The position numbers and the translations under genes are program-made. A DNA stretch of 62,371 nucleotides. Origin: an archaeon (lineage in GTDB: Archaea > Nanobdellota > Nanobdellia > Pacearchaeales > UBA284). Position 1 is the first letter of the stretch. Each line of letters begins with the position of its first letter. The stretch lies in assembly GCA_020343435.1 (NCBI GenBank), contig CP070794.1, positions 519,341 through 581,711 of the forward strand, written 5' to 3'. The notes under the pieces are model-generated. The model saw only the letters and a program-made list of their open reading frames with translations. It was not told the origin of the DNA and ran no database searches. This document shows, piece after piece, positions 28,507 to 36,881 of this stretch.

Positions 28507-29436
28507 TTTCTTAAGCATATTCTTAGTTAACACTATCATCTCTTTCATGTATTTCTTCCTATCTTGTGGCATTTTCTTCATAGAAACATAAGCCCATAAA
28601 AAGAAATCAATATTACAAAACAAGATAATAGGAATAATTGCTTTCTTCTCTTTTTTACTTAATTTACTAACTTTTTCATACTCTCTTAAAAATATCTTAG
28701 CTTTCTTAACATCTACTCTGCCATTAGCACAAGCTAAATCTCTTATTGAAACAGCAACATCCACAACTCTTGGGGCATAGTTTGTTTCATCAAAATCAAT
28801 AATCCCATCTAACTTTCCATTATAAAACATAACATTACTTGGATCAAAATCACTATGAATAAACAATCTATTTTCTGGAACATCAATCTTTATTTTCTTA
28901 AAAAGATCTTTAAAATAATCTCTGTATTGTAAAGCTAATCTATCTTCTTCAGTTTTCTCTTTAATATTTTTCATTTTTCTAAAACCTCTTAGAACTCTTT
29001 GAATAGAGATGTCTTTAGTTGGTTTCTCTTTAATATTTTTAATGTATTTATGATAAATAGCTAAAGCTTTTGCCATCTGTTTCATCTGTATTAGATTAGC
29101 TTTTTTTCTGTTATTTCCTCTAAGCATTCTATAAACCCAGACTTTTTTATTACCAAACTTTAAAATGTTCTTAGAATCCCTTGTTTTAAGAGGATAAGGA
29201 ACAGAATAAGGAAAACCACTCTCATTTAGAAAATATAATACTCTAAATTGCAGTTTCAAATGCTCTACTTTATATCGGGTAGTGTCTCCAACAATTCTAA
29301 TTATGAATTTTCCTTTATTAGTTTTAAGAATATAATTATAATTAGCTAAACCTCCTTCAATAAGTTTGTAATTCAACATCTTTCCGAGATCAAATTGTTT
29401 AGCAACTTCTAAGATCTCTTTTTTTGATAGTTTCAT
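28492..29436 (-). CDS. aminoglycoside-phosphotransferase-fold kinase (homoserine kinase II / choline kinase-like)
   Basis: Catalytic loop HSDFDPSNVMF and metal-binding IDFDE. Confidence 0.75.
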   Translation of the reverse strand: MKLSKKEILEVAKQFDLGKMLNYKLIEGGLANYNYILKTNKGKFIIRIVGDTTRYKVEHLKLQFRVLYFLNESGFPYSVPYPLKTRDSKNILKFGNKKVWVYRMLRGNNRKKANLIQMKQMAKALAIYHKYIKNIKEKPTKDISIQRVLRGFRKMKNIKEKTEEDRLALQYRDYFKDLFKKIKIDVPENRLFIHSDFDPSNVMFYNGKLDGIIDFDETNYAPRVVDVAVSIRDLACANGRVDVKKAKIFLREYEKVSKLSKKEKKAIIPIILFCNIDFFLWAYVSMKKMPQDRKKYMKEMIVLTKNMLKKSVKF

Positions 29437-29488
29437 AGAAGAATTTATTCACTAACACTTAAAAGGTTAACTAAAGAAAGAGCATAAA

Positions 29489-30040
29489 TTAATTAGGACT
29501 CTGTGTTCTTCCTTCTCCCCAAAATGGAACAGGCATTACTAAGACCACCTTCATATCAATTCCAAATTCAGTATCCACCCTGTCCTGTCTGTATCCTTCT
29601 CTTCTAAGTTGTTCTACATATTGCTGAACATCATTAAAATCTGGGTAGGTTCTTATTCCTTCTAAGAAATCTTCATAAGCAATCCCTCCGTGCCCTCTAA
29701 CCAAATTTCCAACATAACTATCATTTAATGTAAATGCTGGAACAGGCACACGGTTTCCTTTAATCACCATTGTTGGGATCTCCCCATTCAAAGCACGAAG
29801 AAGACTATATAGATTTCTTTTAAGATCATCAACTGTATCTCCCTTTTCTTTTCTTTTTAAAAGAGCATAAACTTTATCCCTTTTTAATATACCCTCTATA
29901 TGGCCTGGCTCAACAACATCATCCATAGTACATTTTCCTCCTTCTTTGGTCATAGTCATGCCAGTATCATAAATCCCAACATTTCTATCTCTAAATGCTC
30001 TTACTATTCTACTTGTCATCATTGGGGAATATTTTTTCAT
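29489..30040 (-). CDS. hypothetical protein (183 aa), atypical composition, leader-motif gene A
   Basis: Clean ORF, G/R/V/D-rich, preceded by the conserved leader. No family recognised. Confidence 0.7.
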   Translation of the reverse strand: MKKYSPMMTSRIVRAFRDRNVGIYDTGMTMTKEGGKCTMDDVVEPGHIEGILKRDKVYALLKRKEKGDTVDDLKRNLYSLLRALNGEIPTMVIKGNRVPVPAFTLNDSYVGNLVRGHGGIAYEDFLEGIRTYPDFNDVQQYVEQLRREGYRQDRVDTEFGIDMKVVLVMPVPFWGEGRTQSPN

Positions 30041-30076
30041 TTTAATTCAGAATAAGGTCTGAGGCCTATCACCTCT
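30041..30076 (-). promoter_or_regulatory. conserved 5' leader copy A (anti-16S box + hairpin)
   Basis: Gene-sense: AGAGGTGATAGGCCTCAGACCTTATTCTGAATTAAA followed by ATG. A TATA-like TTCTATAAAG lies about 19 nt upstream. Confidence 0.6.
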
Positions 30077-30112
30077 ATCTCTACAATTTTAAGAACTTTA
30101 TAGAACTTTCTT

Positions 30113-30676
30113 TCAAACAATTTTTTCAATTTTTTTCAAAGTTTCTTTCAGATTCCCGACTTTTCTAGTTTCAGGAATTCCGAAAATAGGAATTTTAATT
30201 TTATTTTTCCCAAGTTTTTTAATTAAAATTTCAAAAAATACTCCTTTTTCTTTAGATAAAACCGAAATAGATCCTTTTCTTACTGGAGTAACATCCACAC
30301 CACAACTAGGACTTCCATTAACTCCCAAAATAAAAGTAATTTTGTAATTATTTTTTTGATAATCTTTTATTTTTTTAATCAAATCATCACTAATTTTAGA
30401 GCAAGTTTTTCTATAACTTAAAGTATCATACCTCTGTTTTGTATCATCTCCTAATGGCCTTCCAATACCTAATTCTGCTTGTTCAGGACAAGGAATTTGA
30501 ATAATCCCAATTTTATGCTTTTTTAATAAATTTATTAAAGGGTCAATCATTGCAGGAAAATTCGCAACACCCTGAACTTTAGAATTCTGATTTATAAGAC
30601 AATGAGCAAGAAATGCAATTTTTCTACTTCTTTTATCTTTCATCTCTCTCTTGAATAACACATTTATTTTCAACAC
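30113..30676 (-). CDS. DUF523-like (TudS-type) Cys-cluster protein
   Basis: AHCLINQNSKV, IPCPE and GSPSCG resemble the three-Cys DUF523 pattern. The start is probably the internal Met at 30643. Confidence 0.45.
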   Translation of the reverse strand: MLKINVLFKREMKDKRSRKIAFLAHCLINQNSKVQGVANFPAMIDPLINLLKKHKIGIIQIPCPEQAELGIGRPLGDDTKQRYDTLSYRKTCSKISDDLIKKIKDYQKNNYKITFILGVNGSPSCGVDVTPVRKGSISVLSKEKGVFFEILIKKLGKNKIKIPIFGIPETRKVGNLKETLKKIEKIV

Positions 30677-30947
30677 AACTACAATTGAAATCTACACGTA
30701 AATAAGTATAATATACTGGCCCCAAAAAAGTCCATTTAGCACTACTACAACTTTCATCTTTGTTTATACACCCACAAGCTGATTTTACACAATCAGACTT
30801 TATAGAACATTGAATATTGCAATTATCTCTATTCCTATTCCATCCAGCACATTGTGTAGAACTTATAGCTATCCGAATACCTACATAAGCAAACCAGAAT
30901 ACAATAATAGCAATAACAATAATAAGTATAATCCTGCCCGTTTTCAT
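30633..30947 (-). CDS. membrane-anchored Cys-rich small protein
   Basis: N-terminal TM helix followed by more than 10 Cys in about 70 aa. Confidence 0.55.
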   Translation of the reverse strand: MKTGRIILIIVIAIIVFWFAYVGIRIAISSTQCAGWNRNRDNCNIQCSIKSDCVKSACGCINKDESCSSAKWTFLGPVYYTYLRVDFNCSCVENKCVIQERDER

Positions 30948-30981
30948 CTACCTCTAAGAATTCTTAGAGATTTAAACTTAA

Positions 30982-31350
30982 CTAAGATATAATATAGTTA
31001 AGAATAGTTCCAATACCATACCCCACAACTCCCATAAAAATGTATGCACCGAGTTTTATAGTTTCTGAGATCCCAGCACTAGTCCAATAAGCCCATGCTT
31101 TATACCCATGTTCTCTTCTCTCTCTATGCGCTTCCCATAAGAATGCTCCAGGTACCAATAACAAACCATCACTTTGTATTGTTCTACTAACTAAATTATC
31201 ATTAGGACCATAAAAAACAGTATCTGTTAGTTTATCAAAAAGTTTATCAGATCTAGAACGAGTATCTTCTAAAGGAGCTCTTCTTGGGATTACATTTCCA
31301 GGGATTACAAAAGCTGTTCTATCTGTTGCAGTTGATCCACTTTTATCCAT
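30982..31350 (-). CDS. hypothetical protein with C-terminal TM helix, atypical composition
   Basis: Clean ORF with a CACAATAAT-TTTTATAAG box upstream. No family recognised. Confidence 0.6.
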   Translation of the reverse strand: MDKSGSTATDRTAFVIPGNVIPRRAPLEDTRSRSDKLFDKLTDTVFYGPNDNLVSRTIQSDGLLLVPGAFLWEAHRERREHGYKAWAYWTSAGISETIKLGAYIFMGVVGYGIGTILNYIIS

Positions 31351-31402
31351 CTTTCAACAATTATTCTTTAACTTATAAAAATTATTGTGATTAAGAAAAG
31401 GT

Positions 31403-31816
31403 TTAACCAGAAGATTGTTGTTCTCGTATTTGTTCCACAATTTCTCTCCATCGCCTTTCATAACGTCCAACTGCGCACATCCCCCCAACATAACCTCCGA
31501 ATCCAAGAATACCTAAACCAAGAATAGTAAATGCTCCTTGTGTAGTTGTCCTATGGCCTTTCTCCTGCATTTCATCTCTTTCCACTTCAGTAATGTATCC
31601 ACCATTATACTGTCTAGATAATCCCGCATCCTGAATAATGGGTACAACTGAAAAAACTACAGCTGCAAGTCCAGCTAAACCCGCTGATACAAGACTCACT
31701 AAAGCAGCATTTTTAATTCTTCTTATTACTTTCTCGTAATATTGTTTCCTCTCTTTTAAATAATTTATATCAGCAGAACCTTCTTCAATTACTCTCATAG
31801 AACTTTCTTCACTCAT
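31403..31816 (-). CDS. hypothetical membrane protein (2 TM), atypical composition
   Basis: Clean ORF with a CGCAATAAT-GCTTTTAAATTT box upstream. Confidence 0.6.
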   Translation of the reverse strand: MSEESSMRVIEEGSADINYLKERKQYYEKVIRRIKNAALVSLVSAGLAGLAAVVFSVVPIIQDAGLSRQYNGGYITEVERDEMQEKGHRTTTQGAFTILGLGILGFGGYVGGMCAVGRYERRWREIVEQIREQQSSG

Positions 31817-31875
31817 GCTTTAACAATACTTCCCAAATTTAAAAGCATTATTGCGGTTAATTGATTTATTTTTAT

Positions 31876-32481
31876 CTAAGAATGATCAGGATCAATCTTT
31901 GTAGAAATTTCAACATCTCTTATTGGGTGCTTTGCTAAAAAATCGTTGAGTAATCTAAGACGTGACTTACCAACAACTTGAGCTTTTCCTGGAGTAAAAG
32001 CATATTGGCCACTAACTAACCTTTCATTTAAAGAATCTATTTCTTTTTGAGGATTTTTTACTAATTTTGCAATATCAATATATCCAGGAAATCCATTGTA
32101 TACTCTATATGTATCTGAAGCTCCAACTACTCTATCATTATGGTGAATAGTAAACCAAAATCTAAGCATTTCAACATAATTTTTTAAATAAGCTTGTTTA
32201 ACTTCAAAAGGAAGGGGCTTTTGCTCATTCATTCTCTTAACAATTTCTTCTGCCCTATCTTTTGTACTCATATGATCTAAAGTGATTATTTGTGCAGACT
32301 TTTCAACAAATTGTGGTAAAGGAATATATTCTCCTGGAGAAATTAGAATTTCTAAAGTACTAAAACCCCTTGCAGGACTCTTAATTAAAGTACATTTAGA
32401 AAGATCTAAACCATAAATTCTTTGATAGACTACATCCATCACACTTTCCACATCATACTGTTCTGTTGTGGGTGTTGCCAT
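31876..32481 (-). CDS. hypothetical protein (201 aa), atypical composition, leader-motif gene B
   Basis: Clean ORF preceded by the conserved leader. No family recognised. Confidence 0.7.
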   Translation of the reverse strand: MATPTTEQYDVESVMDVVYQRIYGLDLSKCTLIKSPARGFSTLEILISPGEYIPLPQFVEKSAQIITLDHMSTKDRAEEIVKRMNEQKPLPFEVKQAYLKNYVEMLRFWFTIHHNDRVVGASDTYRVYNGFPGYIDIAKLVKNPQKEIDSLNERLVSGQYAFTPGKAQVVGKSRLRLLNDFLAKHPIRDVEISTKIDPDHS

Positions 32482-32517
32482 TTTAATTCAGAATAAGGTC
32501 TGAGGACCAACACCCCC
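32482..32517 (-). promoter_or_regulatory. conserved 5' leader copy B
   Basis: Gene-sense: GGGGGTGTTGGTCCTCAGACCTTATTCTGAATTAAA followed by ATG. It shares 27 identical nt, including the ATG, with copy A. Confidence 0.6.
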
Positions 32518-32605
32518 AATCTTATGATTTTAAGGGACTATATAAATTTTATTGAGATTTATTTAGCACAATAATCTTTAAAAATTAATAGAGGATCAAG
32601 GTAAC

Positions 32606-33196
32606 ATGAGAACTGGCGGGGGGCATCAACAATTAGCTGAGAGAATACTTAATAATGGATATAGTCCTGAGCCTTCAGCTCATTTAAACACTTTAACAGG
32701 TCAATTAAATAGTTGTCCAGAAGGATCTAAGATAAGACCTAAACTTGAAGCTGCTATTTCCTTTCTTGAACAGACATATAAGTTACAAAGACCTAAAATA
32801 GTAAGTAAAAAAGAGAGAGATAAAATTAGAAGAGATATGCATAGAATCATAAGAAGAGATAAAGGATCTTTTGATTCTAGTTATAGAACAAAAAGATTTG
32901 AAGAACCAGAGAGTACAGGAGTAAGACCAGCAATTATTAGACTGAGACTTGACAGATATCGTTCAGAACATTCTAGAGTTACTAGAGCATTTTGGGAACA
33001 ATTTTCAAAAGAAGAATTGCTAGATTATCTAAACAGTATTCCTGGAACAAATGTCACTAGATTTAGACTTGAAAATAGAGCATTAGCAGGGGTTCTTAAA
33101 AATAAATACAGTATAGATCTAACAAGTCATTTCGCTAGTAGAAGAGCTAGAGAAAGAGAAGTTGGTTTTAAAAGGAATCTTTATGATGGATGGTGA
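32606..33196 (+). CDS. hypothetical basic (Arg-rich) protein (196 aa)
   Basis: Clean ORF with CACAATAATCTTTAAAAATT upstream. No family recognised. Confidence 0.65.
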   Translation: MRTGGGHQQLAERILNNGYSPEPSAHLNTLTGQLNSCPEGSKIRPKLEAAISFLEQTYKLQRPKIVSKKERDKIRRDMHRIIRRDKGSFDSSYRTKRFEEPESTGVRPAIIRLRLDRYRSEHSRVTRAFWEQFSKEELLDYLNSIPGTNVTRFRLENRALAGVLKNKYSIDLTSHFASRRAREREVGFKRNLYDGW

Positions 33197-33198
33197 TT

Positions 33199-33369
33199 TT
33201 ATTTTCTAGATTCTTTAAATGCAAAATACATAAGAATTATAAGCAATGCATTAAGAACCACAAGCAAAAATATTCCTGATGCTTTTGATAGAGTTGGAAG
33301 TTTGAATAATACATAAACTGTATAAATAATCACAAGAATAGCTGCTCCTAAAAAATTACCTCTTACCAT
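33199..33369 (-). CDS. small hydrophobic protein (56 aa, 2 TM)
   Basis: Hand-translated: MVRGNFLGAAILVIIYTVYVLFKLPTLSKASGIFLLVVLNALLIILMYFAFKESRK. Below the ORF-track cutoff. Third gene of a tandem trio. Confidence 0.4.
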   Translation of the reverse strand: MVRGNFLGAAILVIIYTVYVLFKLPTLSKASGIFLLVVLNALLIILMYFAFKESRK

Positions 33370-33376
33370 CTTTTTT

Positions 33377-33526
33377 TCAAGTATAGTTAGTATTTAGATC
33401 TTTCTTTAAAAGATGAATTAATCTAAAATTTTTTCTTTTTAATAAGACACCTAATAAAAATCGAATTAGATTAGCAATTCCTATAACTATAAGAACTATG
33501 CAAATCCAAAATAAAATTTGATTCAT
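33377..33526 (-). CDS. small hydrophobic protein (49 aa, 1 TM)
   Basis: MNQILFWICIVLIVIGIANLIRFLLGVLLKRKNF... A paralog is at 34652..34741. Confidence 0.4.
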   Translation of the reverse strand: MNQILFWICIVLIVIGIANLIRFLLGVLLKRKNFRLIHLLKKDLNTNYT

Positions 33527-33529
33527 TTT

Positions 33530-33706
33530 TTATTTAACCTTTAGCAACCTAAACTTTGAAGATCCTATAAAAACAATCCCTAAAATCACAAGAAATATAG
33601 GAAAAGTACTTTCTCCCATAAAATCTCCAATAAAAAGAACTACTGCAGCTATCATAAATGCTAGTCCAAAAAAGAACATAAATTTATTGCCTTTATTTTG
33701 ATCCAT
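33530..33706 (-). CDS. small hydrophobic protein (58 aa, 2 TM)
   Basis: MDQNKGNKFMFFFGLAFMIAAVVLFIGDFMGESTFPIFLVILGIVFIGSSKFRLLKVK. A TATA-like box lies about 20 nt upstream. Confidence 0.4.
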   Translation of the reverse strand: MDQNKGNKFMFFFGLAFMIAAVVLFIGDFMGESTFPIFLVILGIVFIGSSKFRLLKVK

Positions 33707-33797
33707 GTATTCCTAAGAATTATTACAAATTTAAAGTTAACTACAAAACAACTTTTATCACAACAATTATTATAAATTCAAATGTAGTTAAAATAAT

Positions 33798-34187
33798 ATG
33801 GGAGAAGGGGATTATGTAAGAAATCCAAACAGTATCTGTACTATAGCTAGAGAAGAAAGTGATAGATTATTAAGAGGACTAGAACCAAAATACGCGTTTT
33901 TAATTCCTTTCAAAGACCCAGCTACTGGCGAAGAAAGAGTAGATATAACTGAACAACCTCCTTACTTAGCAAAAGGAAGGTTTGTTTATAGAATAGTCCA
34001 ACCAGAAGAACTTGGGAGGTTAGGCAAAGCGAGAGTAGTGAATCCCCGCACTCATGGAGAAAGAGAAACAGACTTTCCAAGAGCAGCTTTAATTCAAGCA
34101 ATTCATTTCCATATTCTTGGGCACAGAACTGGTCTTATGCGAGAAACCCAAGGTACAAAACGTCCAGCACCAGTATACCAACCATAA
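33798..34187 (+). CDS. hypothetical protein (129 aa), atypical composition
   Basis: Clean ORF with CACAACAATTATTATAAAT upstream. Confidence 0.65.
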   Translation: MGEGDYVRNPNSICTIAREESDRLLRGLEPKYAFLIPFKDPATGEERVDITEQPPYLAKGRFVYRIVQPEELGRLGKARVVNPRTHGERETDFPRAALIQAIHFHILGHRTGLMRETQGTKRPAPVYQP

Positions 34188-34245
34188 CTTTTCTTATTGT
34201 TATCACTTAATAGTAACATTTATAAACTCTATTTCTCACAGAATT

Positions 34246-34629
34246 ATGATTAAAATGAAAAGAATATTATATGGTCTAGGAATTACAGGAGCTTTGATAG
34301 CTACTGCTTACTCTGCAGTCCCAAGAGTTCAATCATATGTTCAAGCACGTTTACCAGGACTTTATCAAATGGTAGATAATGTTACTTCTTTGTTTCAAGA
34401 CACTAAGAAAGGATTATGTGAGTTAGGTGGAGTTGATGATCTATCTGAACTAGAGAGAAGCACCGGCGATATAATTAGAGATGCTATTGCTGGAGCTGGG
34501 TTACTTGATGAAAAGATTGGAATTCCAAGCATCAGAGAAGTTACGTCTCCTGAGGCAGCAGAACAACAAAGACAGAATATCAAGGCAAGTTTGGAAGCTG
34601 CAGTTGATGCTGGTTTATTTAAAGAATAG
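34246..34629 (+). CDS. hypothetical protein with N-terminal signal/anchor helix
   Basis: Start moved to ATG 34246 (MIKMKRILYGLGITGALIATAYSA). The track start 34117 overlaps the previous gene. TTTATAAA lies about 27 nt upstream. Confidence 0.6.
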   Translation: MIKMKRILYGLGITGALIATAYSAVPRVQSYVQARLPGLYQMVDNVTSLFQDTKKGLCELGGVDDLSELERSTGDIIRDAIAGAGLLDEKIGIPSIREVTSPEAAEQQRQNIKASLEAAVDAGLFKE

Positions 34630-34651
34630 AACTAAACTCTCTATTTTTTTA

Positions 34652-34741
34652 TTACCTTAAAAATCTTAATAAAAATAAAATTAAATTAGTAATCCCTATA
34701 GCTAGAAGAACTATACAAATCCAAAACAAAATTTTATTCAT
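34652..34741 (-). CDS. small hydrophobic peptide (29 aa)
   Basis: MNKILFWICIVLLAIGITNLILFLLRFLR. ATGA overlap with the stop of 34738..35679. The first 20 residues and the DNA resemble 33377..33526. Confidence 0.35.
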   Translation of the reverse strand: MNKILFWICIVLLAIGITNLILFLLRFLR

Positions 34742-35679
34742 TTTTTGTAATCCAACTTATCAGCAAAACCTTCAGGAACTTGGCTCAAATCAACTTCAGA
34801 ACCAAATACATCTTTAGTAACATTTAACAGTTTATCTAATAAAACCTGTGGGTCAATTCCAACAAGTTTTGCAGTAACTAAATCAACATCAATAGAATTC
34901 TTGCCTCCAACAATCAAATTAAGATTTTCTTTTAATCTTCCATTTAAAGGGGCGGGACCATCTATTGCTCTAAATATCCCCTCATTAATAAAAACAGAAT
35001 TAAAAAGAGCACGGTAAATTTTATTCATATCTAAAACTGAAAAAGGAAGAATTTTCATTTCATGATCATGATATCTTGGGGATCTTTTTGGGTCAGGAAT
35101 CAAACCAAAGAGATTTTTAGTAGATAGAGTCATCCCCACATCAGCAGTTTTAATTTTTGCAAAATCAATAAAAAAAGGATTTTTTAAATTCCAGAGTTTT
35201 TTAGGAACAGTTGCATATAATTCTTTATGTTTTACAGGAGAAAATTTCTTTTCCACCAACTCTTGAATGATTTTAGGATCAACTACTTCATTTTTCCAAC
35301 ATTCTTCAGTAATATTAACATATTCTACATTATATTTTTTAAAAACATCTTTTATACCAGTAGATTCAAGAAACCATTTATCCTGTTCTCTTAGAAAATC
35401 TTTTTTATCATCCATATTCTTTTCATCAACTAACTCTTCTCCTTTTTCTAGTAGTGGTTTGTTTCTCCAAGCAGTATGGCTTTCAATAACTATTTTTCTT
35501 CCATTTAAACATCTGAGAATCCATTCTAATGGTGTGGCTTCTGTAAAATGTCCTTTAGAAGCTTCTACCCAATTAGGTTTTATAATAAAAGTATCTCCTT
35601 GTAAGTTTAACTGATCTATAAACTTCTTAAACTCTTCAAAAGTTTTTACTTTTTCAAAAAATACATTACCAACTCTCAT
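34738..35679 (-). CDS. DUF362-like protein
   Basis: 313 aa. The N-terminal FIIKPNWV resembles the DUF362 signature. Background-like composition. Confidence 0.55.
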   Translation of the reverse strand: MRVGNVFFEKVKTFEEFKKFIDQLNLQGDTFIIKPNWVEASKGHFTEATPLEWILRCLNGRKIVIESHTAWRNKPLLEKGEELVDEKNMDDKKDFLREQDKWFLESTGIKDVFKKYNVEYVNITEECWKNEVVDPKIIQELVEKKFSPVKHKELYATVPKKLWNLKNPFFIDFAKIKTADVGMTLSTKNLFGLIPDPKRSPRYHDHEMKILPFSVLDMNKIYRALFNSVFINEGIFRAIDGPAPLNGRLKENLNLIVGGKNSIDVDLVTAKLVGIDPQVLLDKLLNVTKDVFGSEVDLSQVPEGFADKLDYKK

Positions 35680-35753
35680 CAGATCTCAAGAATTCTAAAA
35701 GATTTAAGTGTTTCGCTAATTACAATAATTATTAAAAACATTAAAGAGATTAA

Positions 35754-36194
35754 ATGAAAATGGATCTTGATGAAGTAACAGAAAGGGCAACAATAAAGTT
35801 TGGTAAGCCAATAAGTTGGACTGAAGCTGAAAGAATGTTGGGTTATGTTGCTCAAAGGACCGGTTTAGAGATGGGTTATACTGTTGAACAAAGAAAAAGA
35901 ATAAAACCAGATAAAACAGATCCAGATTCTATTCCAGAACCACAATATGATTTTGTGATAGTTGAAGCAGGAGCAATGCATAATGAAGAATTGGCTTGTG
36001 TAGGAACTTTTTTTCTTACAATCCCCCCGGAAGAAAGAGGAGATGGAACAATAGCTGATAGATTAGTATTCCCTACCCTTCCTGGGATGCCTCTTAAAGC
36101 GCATGGTGAGAAAGCAATAAAATTGTGGGACGATGTAAGAACAGCAGTTGCAGAATATTTTCAACAACCACAAGAATCTCCTGAATCACAATAA
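35754..36194 (+). CDS. hypothetical protein (146 aa), atypical composition
   Basis: Clean ORF with TACAATAATTATTAAAAA upstream. Confidence 0.65.
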   Translation: MKMDLDEVTERATIKFGKPISWTEAERMLGYVAQRTGLEMGYTVEQRKRIKPDKTDPDSIPEPQYDFVIVEAGAMHNEELACVGTFFLTIPPEERGDGTIADRLVFPTLPGMPLKAHGEKAIKLWDDVRTAVAEYFQQPQESPESQ

Positions 36195-36225
36195 TCCTTT
36201 TAAATTTGAAAATAATTGTTGAAAT

Positions 36226-36789
36226 ATGGCACCATATGCAGTATTAGATGGAGGAAAAGATAGCCAAGGAGACCCAAGTGGAAGACCAAAAGAAGAAAGA
36301 GAAGGTGGTCGTAAGATATACTTCAAAAGGAAAATCAGAGAAAGAGAAACTCAAGAACCGCCTAGAAGGGGAACAATGGTATTTTATAATGGGATAGACG
36401 AATCATTGCGGGATGTTGATATAGTTAGACCAGGGAATTGGTATGTTGTTGAATCTGATCAAAAAGGACAAGAAAGACAAAGAAGGACCCATGGGTTATC
36501 AATAAAGATAGTTGGAAAAGGCCATTTAGGATACTGGCAATATGAGTTAATAGTTAAAAAAAACGGCTTAATTGTAGAAGGGCATTATCCTACAGAACCA
36601 TGTCAAATTGAAGATCTTGCAAGGATAGTAAAGCGAAGTATAGCAGATTATGGTCCAAAAGAAGGTGTTAATATTGGAGAGGTAGTGAGTACTTATGAGT
36701 ATTTTAGACCTGGAGAAAGGGATTTGTTATTCCAACTTCTCAAAGAGGAACAAGAGCCTAATGGTAATAAAAGATTAGCACCAGTATAA
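36226..36789 (+). CDS. hypothetical protein (187 aa) with disordered basic N-terminus
   Basis: Clean ORF. CACAATAATCCTTTTAAATT upstream overlaps the previous stop codon. Confidence 0.65.
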   Translation: MAPYAVLDGGKDSQGDPSGRPKEEREGGRKIYFKRKIRERETQEPPRRGTMVFYNGIDESLRDVDIVRPGNWYVVESDQKGQERQRRTHGLSIKIVGKGHLGYWQYELIVKKNGLIVEGHYPTEPCQIEDLARIVKRSIADYGPKEGVNIGEVVSTYEYFRPGERDLLFQLLKEEQEPNGNKRLAPV

Positions 36790-36840
36790 AGATAATTATC
36801 TTTTCAGTTAATTATTTAAACAAATAAAAATGAATAATTT

Positions 36841-36881
36841 AGAGGTGATAAAAACCTCAGATAGAGTTCTGAGTGGAAAAA
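36841..36881 (+). promoter_or_regulatory. conserved 5' leader copy E
   Basis: AGAGGTGATAAAAACCTCAGATAGAGTTCTGAGTGGAAAAA followed by ATG. TATA-like ATTATTTAAAC lies about 17 nt upstream. Confidence 0.6.

Noticed and set aside
30041-30076. The idea that the AGAGGTGAT box serves a tiny upstream ORF, or is simply the normal SD of the downstream gene.
   Set aside because: No ATG, GTG or TTG occurs 4-10 nt downstream of the box in copies A, B or C. The distance to the real ATG (27-32 nt) is far beyond the 4-7 nt spacing seen at ordinary genes in the window.
34117-34245. A 43-residue N-terminal extension of the 34246..34629 ORF, overlapping the end of 33798..34187.
   Set aside because: The extension has junk-like composition (H/Y/C/N) and overlaps the previous gene by 71 nt. 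The ATG at 34246 is followed immediately by a signal/anchor helix and preceded by a TATA-like box.
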